A stretch of 64,000 nucleotides of DNA from the NCBI GenBank assembly GCA_002269645.1, contig NIVC01000087.1:496001-560000 (forward strand), written 5' to 3'. The stretch is from Macrostomum lignano. Its lineage: Eukaryota. Made by a program: the position numbers and the translations under genes. This document shows, in pieces, positions 58,062-64,000 of this stretch. Within the stretch, counting starts at the first letter, position 1; every line of letters starts with the position of its first letter. The notes beneath the pieces were generated by a model that saw only the letters and a program-made list of their open reading frames with translations, did no database searches and was not told the DNA's origin.

Positions 58062-58639
58062 TATTCTGATCTTGATGGTGGCATTACCGAGCGCAAAACA
58101 AAAGTCAAATTTGTTCTCAAAATACTAGTTTATAACTAAAATACAACATTAATAGCAGTAAATATATTATATCTGTATTTTTTCTTATTTGCACAGTAGC
58201 TAAAAGTAAATAATAATAAAAATTGTATTATTTAGCTTGAATAAAAATCATTTACACTGCGGTGCTTTTTTTAGTTTTGTTCCTATGTAGTTTCGTAGAA
58301 CTTGTAGTACCAAACCAAGTAGTTTATACTTTATAATATGTTTAGGTGAATAGAATCCCTGGTTTTATTCTTTCTCAACAGCGAGTAAAAATTTAGTGGT
58401 AATTTAGTCAAGTAGCCATTTTCTGGACTAAGTCATTAATTCGTTTTGTTAGAAGATTTACAATTAATACACAATACACTATTGCACAATATCTTTATCA
58501 GATTCTATATCACGAACAAGTTCCTGCAGTTAAAAGCTGAATTTCTTTCGATTTTGATAAATAAAGAACGATATTTTTTATGATTGGTTTTTAAAGTTGT
58601 AATACTTAGGCAGATTGCTGCCTCCCTGTGGGTTCTGCC

Positions 58640-58757
58640 ATGGGGTGTTTCAGTGGCAAAAAGAATAATGAAAAAACTGATCAATCAAAAAATATTGAAA
58701 AGAAGCTCGAAAAAGAGCGAAAAGATTACAAGTCAACCCATCGACTACTATTATTAG
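58640..58757 (+). CDS. GNAS: G protein alpha-s subunit, exon 1 only (rest not found in window)
   Basis: MGCFSGK...[25 protein letters not shown] matches Gs-alpha MGC...[25 protein letters not shown]. The phase-1 donor TTAG|GTATGC is at the same position as the first GNAS intron. Confidence 0.85.
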
Positions 58758-60309
58758 GTATGCTTTTAAATGTATTTATTTTTATTGGTTTAATCAGCAT
58801 TCAGTTTAAGTTAGCCTATATAGTCTATTATATCAATGCTTTTTTGTGAATTGATTTTGATAATATGATAATAGCATACTTTAATTGTCTAGTTAAATTA
58901 TTTATAGCAAAATTTGTAGCATCAATTTTCAAAACAATTTAAATATCTAAAATTGAATTATGAAAAATATCCATGGTTTGCATCGTGTATTTGTGTATAG
59001 TAGGTTTAATGCCACAAAAATGACGAGACCTTGTTTGTATGCCGGGTTTGTATATCAATACAAAAAAATTGTCATTTTTCACAATGTATCTTCTGTGTCA
59101 TGTATGCTAGGATATACCCTGATATATGCTGAAAAATAATATGACCCTTATTATATGCCAGGAAATCCTGGCATATGTTGCCTTTTAAACTATGACCCAG
59201 AAGACTAGTTGGTTTTAATTTAAACTATATTGAGAAAGATAGATATATAATAAATGATATATTAATGAAAGAAAATCAGCATATTGTTATTTAATATCAT
59301 ATAACATATTATAAATTCCATCATATAACAAATAATTCTATTCTATATTAAAAATTGCTTGATATCCTTTTTATAATGCTTATATTTAAAATTAGAGACA
59401 GAGTGGAAAACTCCTTGGAATTGGAAAATAGTATAAAAATTTTGTCTTAAGGTTTTTATTAATATTTTTTGGCATAACTTTGTATTTTGTTTCTTATTAT
59501 AAATTATATTCTAAATTTTTTAAACTTCTAGTCTTAAATTTAAAAGTAATTAATGATATTTCAATAATGTATTTTCTTTTGAAATCAAAAGCTTTGAAAA
59601 AATTTTTATAAAAACAAAATTTTATATGACCAACACTTACTTATTTCCTTTATTTATTGCTTATACAAAACATATGTAGTATAAATTTTAAATTATATTA
59701 TAAATTTATATATAGTATAAATTTGTGCACTTTAGGCATCACTAGATAAGTAAAAGTTTCTTATTGCCATTTTGAATGCAAATACTTCTTTGATACAAAA
59801 ACAAAAATTCTAGTTACCCTTTATTAATTTTTATATATGTATATAGTTTATAAAATAGTATATTATAAAGTAGTGGCAATTGTAGAAAAGGATAATTCTA
59901 ATAATATTGCCAAGACTCAGGTAGATAGAAAATATCTTTGTCTATTATGCAATTACAATATTATAGAAGCAAGGACTACATGAAGAAGATAGACATGTAA
60001 CTCCTTTATTATATATACTCTTCTATATATGGCAATTTCTTTTGTTCTCATTTTTTCTATGTGTAATATTGTTCAATGTATGTCAAGTTAATATATACAT
60101 CATCATTAAGCAATAATTGCAATTGCATAAACTATATACATATATGTACATGTATCTTGTATTATAATATATACAAAATATACAACATATCAGCACATGC
60201 TGGGTTTTTTTTTTCGCCAGAGATAAGGTGCGAAATCGCACCTTGTGCCAAATTTCAAGGTGCGATTTTAAGGCTCAGAGTGCAATTTCTCTTGAGTCTT
60301 GTTTAGAAT

Positions 60310-62791
60310 GTGAGGGTTTCACGAGAGATATTCAGACAGACATTCGAAACGATCGTCTATAACTTCAAACAAAATTGACCCGCTTCAACCATCTTTTTGG
60401 CAAATACTTACGCAAGTGTTGGGCGTCGAATAAGCTTTAATTTATTAACTGAAGTAAAAATCCTTCTGACATACATTGATTTAAAAATTGCTTAGCAACA
60501 CTAGCTCTGATTAGAAATTGCTTTACTGTTGACTAAAATTGTTTTGATTGTAGCAGCCTAAAAGCAGATACTGGATTTAAAAATGCTTCGATTTACTCTA
60601 TACGCATGTCTCAGCTTTAAAATGACACCTCAGGCGTCGCAAAAGACAGCTTTGATGCTGAGATATTCGACACTAAACATGCATTGCTTTGCGCAATCTC
60701 ACATTCAGAAATTTCACTGATTTTTTGTCGATATTTGTGCAGTTGCCGTGTCCTTGTTTTTCATCAGAAACTTGTCAAATTCTAGTCATGTCCAGTTTAA
60801 ACCTGGACTTCTCTTAAACTGTCTTAAGTATTTGATTTTTAATGATTCCTGCCTTTATATTGCATAGATTGTACCTGAGTCAGTGAGTCTGTGAGTGTAC
60901 ATTTGTACATATGGCAACCAATCATGACTTTTTCACCGCTTTGCGGTTCAAATAAATATACGAGTGTACGAGAAACATGTTCCAACTGTTATTGAGAGAA
61001 ATTGACGTCGCGTTTATTAACAGTCAGTGGCAATTAATATGAAGCAAATAGTTTATTGTTATGTTTTTACTTTTTTTGCGTGGCAATTCTGCTATCCAAA
61101 TCGGAATGAGGTAAGCGGTGGGAATAAAATAAAAAGGAAAATTTTTTTCTACTGTTGTTGCAACCCAATAGCTATATGTACTTCAAACTTTTTAGATTGA
61201 ACTGGCGATTTCTAATGTACTGCTAAGCTTTCCAATCCCTACGGACTACAGTAGCAGTTCTTAACTTTTTTTCTGTCTTGACTTCTAGACTCGGAATTCG
61301 GAACAACCTAAGGAGCCGCATGAAAATATTTAATTGGATAAAGATATTTTCTATAAACAGCTCAAGTCGTGACACATCTTCTTCTCACCTCAGTCCATCA
61401 ACTGCTGCTCCTTCTGAGACCAAAGCGATCGTGAAAGTAAAACAGATCAGTTTAGATCCCATGGCCATGAATATAACCATTTCAATTGTGAACCTGCTTC
61501 GCTTACAAGTACGAGCACTAGCCTTCCATTTGATGCCATTAGCTCACTTAACTCTGAAATAGTTCAAGGACGGTTCCAAATGTTGAGATCTGACGTAGAA
61601 GCAGTCCAATTTGTGGAAATTTATCAACTGGACTCCATGAATCACTCCAATGAAAGGCGGCGAATAGCTGCAGAATGCGTAAACAAGTTTAAGTGAGTCA
61701 CAAAAACCCCATTTACTGTAACTACATACACTTGTACGTTAGCAAGGCTCCATGCGATGGTTAATAAATGGAGAAGTAGACAAGCATCTGAACAAATATT
61801 GAATAAAAATCAGTGAAGTTTCCGAATGTGAGTTTGAGCAAAGCAATGTTTAGTGTCGAATATCTCAGCATCAAAGCTGTCTTTTGCAATGCCTGAGGTG
61901 TCATTTTAAAGCTGAGACATGCGTATAGACATGACTAGAATTTGACAAGATTCTGATGAAAAACAAGGACATGGCAACTGCACAAATATCGACAAAAAAT
62001 CAGTGAAATTTCTGAATGTGAGATTGCGCAAAGCAATGCATGTTTAGTGTCGAATATCTCAGCATCAAAGCTGTCTTTTGCGACGCCTGAGGTGTCATTT
62101 TAAAGCTGAGATATGCGTATAGAGTAAATCGAAGCATTTTTAAATCCAGTATCTGCTTTTAGGCTGCTACGATCAAAACAATTTTAGTCAACAGTAAAGC
62201 GATTTCTAATCAGAGCTAGTGTTGCTAAGCAATTTTTAAATCAATGTATGTCAGAAGGATTTTTACTTCAGTTAATAAATTAAAGCTTATTCGACGCCCA
62301 ACACTTGTGTAAGTATTTGCCAAAAAGATGGTTGAAGCGGGTCAATTTTGTTTGAAGTTACAGACAATCATTTTGAATGTCTGTCTGAATGGGTCTCCCT
62401 AAAACACGCCCCGCACCGCCCTGCAGCGCTACACATTAAAACAAATTGGACTATAACTAAAGACACTTCAAAATGCATTTTCTGTTAAGCTTCAAGTTTT
62501 TATTAAATTTAGTTTTTTTACTTTGAAATATAAAATTCGGTGAACAATAAGTGATATTAATAATAATATTAATAAAATAATAATATTATAATTTAATAAT
62601 GAAAACGAGAATATAAAAAATAATAATATTTAAAAAAATAAATAAAGATATTTATTCCATTACTATTTTAACTTTTCCTTGCAATCAAATACTGCATTGA
62701 CAAAAAATGTTATAATGTGTAGCAGTTCGGGGCCCGGTGTGGGGCGTGTTTTAGGGAGCCTTTGTCTGAATATCTCTCGTGAAACCCTCAC
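60310..62791. mobile_element. Long-TIR DNA element (483-bp near-identical arms), possibly PIF/Harbinger-ISL2EU related
   Basis: Arm 60310-60792 is the reverse complement of 61928-62791 once the inner MITE and one TSD are removed (both 483 bp). It is flanked by AT on both sides. The interior has a partial arm duplication (about 61810-61927) and weak, stop-broken minus-strand peptide remnants. Confidence 0.75.
62391..62762. mobile_element. MULE-like MITE (372 bp) inserted into the right arm of the long-TIR element
   Basis: TIRs GGGTCTCCCTAAAACACGCCCC / GGGGCGTGTTTTAGGGAGCCTT with a 9-bp TSD TGTCTGAAT (62382-62390 and 62763-62771). Confidence 0.82.
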
Positions 62792-64000
62792 ATTGCTCAC
62801 AGTTCAGACAACTGGGAATGTATATTTTAATATCTTACATAAGGCTATAGCTATAGGCTATATTGCCTATATGACTTAATAGGATTTAAAGAGTTATTTT
62901 GTTTCATATTTTAAGGCAGTGCATAAAAAATAGCTTAAGCATGGTTAAGCCTTTAAAGAAAAATGGTTATAAGACCGCACCTAAACCGCACCTACTTTTT
63001 TAATTTCAGGGTGCGATTTTAAAATTTAGGGTGCATACGCACACTCTGCGCACAAAAAAAAAACCCTGAGCACATGCTTTTGTAGCCCTTTAAAGTTTTG
63101 AAAATTTTTTAAAAAATTCATAGTTATTTAAATATGCTATTATATAAAACTTATTAAATCTAAATACTTTAAAAAATTATAATAATATCATTGATTCACA
63201 AGACAATAACAAAGTTCTAAGAAAATTGAAATTAGATGATAAATTTCAAAACTGGACACTTAAAATGACTTTTGAAAGAAAGTTTTCTAAAATTGAAATT
63301 TACTTGTCAAAATCCAAGTCACACAAGATAGTAATCTGAAACAGTAAAGTAAAGCAGGTTGTTGAATTGCTAATCTAGAAATGCTAGAAAGTAATCCAAA
63401 ACTCAAAAAATAATAAACTGAAGTTATGCCATTTTTATTTATCTTTATAACCTTTACAAACCTATAGATTTTAAACCTGCTAAATTCCAATCCTGGAATT
63501 GTTTTTGCATATATTCTTGAATTCAAAGTCATGTTAAAAGTAAAACAAAAGCTTGTTAACAGCTGGAGATTAGCGTAAATTCGTGTTAAACTAAGATTTA
63601 AAGCTTTTGAACCTTCTCTCTTCTTTTTACTCTTATCTATCTCCTTTTTCTTTTATCCCTCTTTCTTTTCTCTACTTTTTTATAGTCAAAAAGGTGCCAT
63701 AGAGTGCACCAAAACAAATTTTCAGGGAATTTCAAGGTGATCTATTTCATTAAATGAGAAATTATACATTTATAAACTGCAAGTTAGTTTAAATAATAAT
63801 TGTGTGTTTTATAACAATTTTACCAAAAACAATTGTGCATCACATGCACTAGAAATCTTAATCTCTACCATGATTATATGCCAAGTGCAACAGGGATCTT
63901 TTGTGTGCACTGTGATTATTCACCAAGAGCATTGTAGATCCCCTATATACACCTTGATTGTATGCTAAGTGCATCTTAGACCCTTATATATACAAAAATT

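Larger units (their letters stand above)
60200..63068. mobile_element. Non-autonomous hAT-like element (outer host of a nest)
   Basis: TIRs CTGGGTTTTTTTTT / AAAAAAAAACCCTG with an 8-bp TSD AGCACATG (60192-60199 and 63069-63076); GGTGCG/CGCACC subterminal motifs at both ends. Confidence 0.75.

Overview
This is eukaryotic (metazoan) genomic DNA. No CRISPR array or prokaryote-type operon was seen. GC-rich coding exons, minisatellite-filled introns and an FN2-domain gene suggest a free-living flatworm such as Macrostomum, but that is inference only. Genes supported by the sequence are: a head-to-head, intronless ciliary pair (IQCB1/NPHP5 and DRC7) with two X-box-like motifs between them; a two-exon ARF-like GTPase whose intron is almost entirely a 12-bp repeat; a very divergent SLC6-like transporter; a small secreted EGF-cbEGF-FN2-FN2 protein with no genomic ATG; three exons forming a laminin-G domain; a two-exon mpaB/Lcp (DUF2236)-like oxygenase; a long intronless FG-nucleoporin-like ORF directly downstream of RPS3 (which has a GC-AG intron); and exon 1 of a G-alpha-s subunit. 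The rest is a decayed Crypton (DUF3504 tyrosine recombinase), two tRNA-derived SINE families, several MITEs with readable target-site duplications (including a three-level nest at 60.2-63.1 kb), and many mini- and microsatellites. The most interesting hypotheses are spliced-leader-dependent gene structures (an SL-supplied start codon for the FN2 gene, and an RPS3-nucleoporin dicistron) and tandem arrays seeded at exon boundaries. None of these can be confirmed without transcript data.
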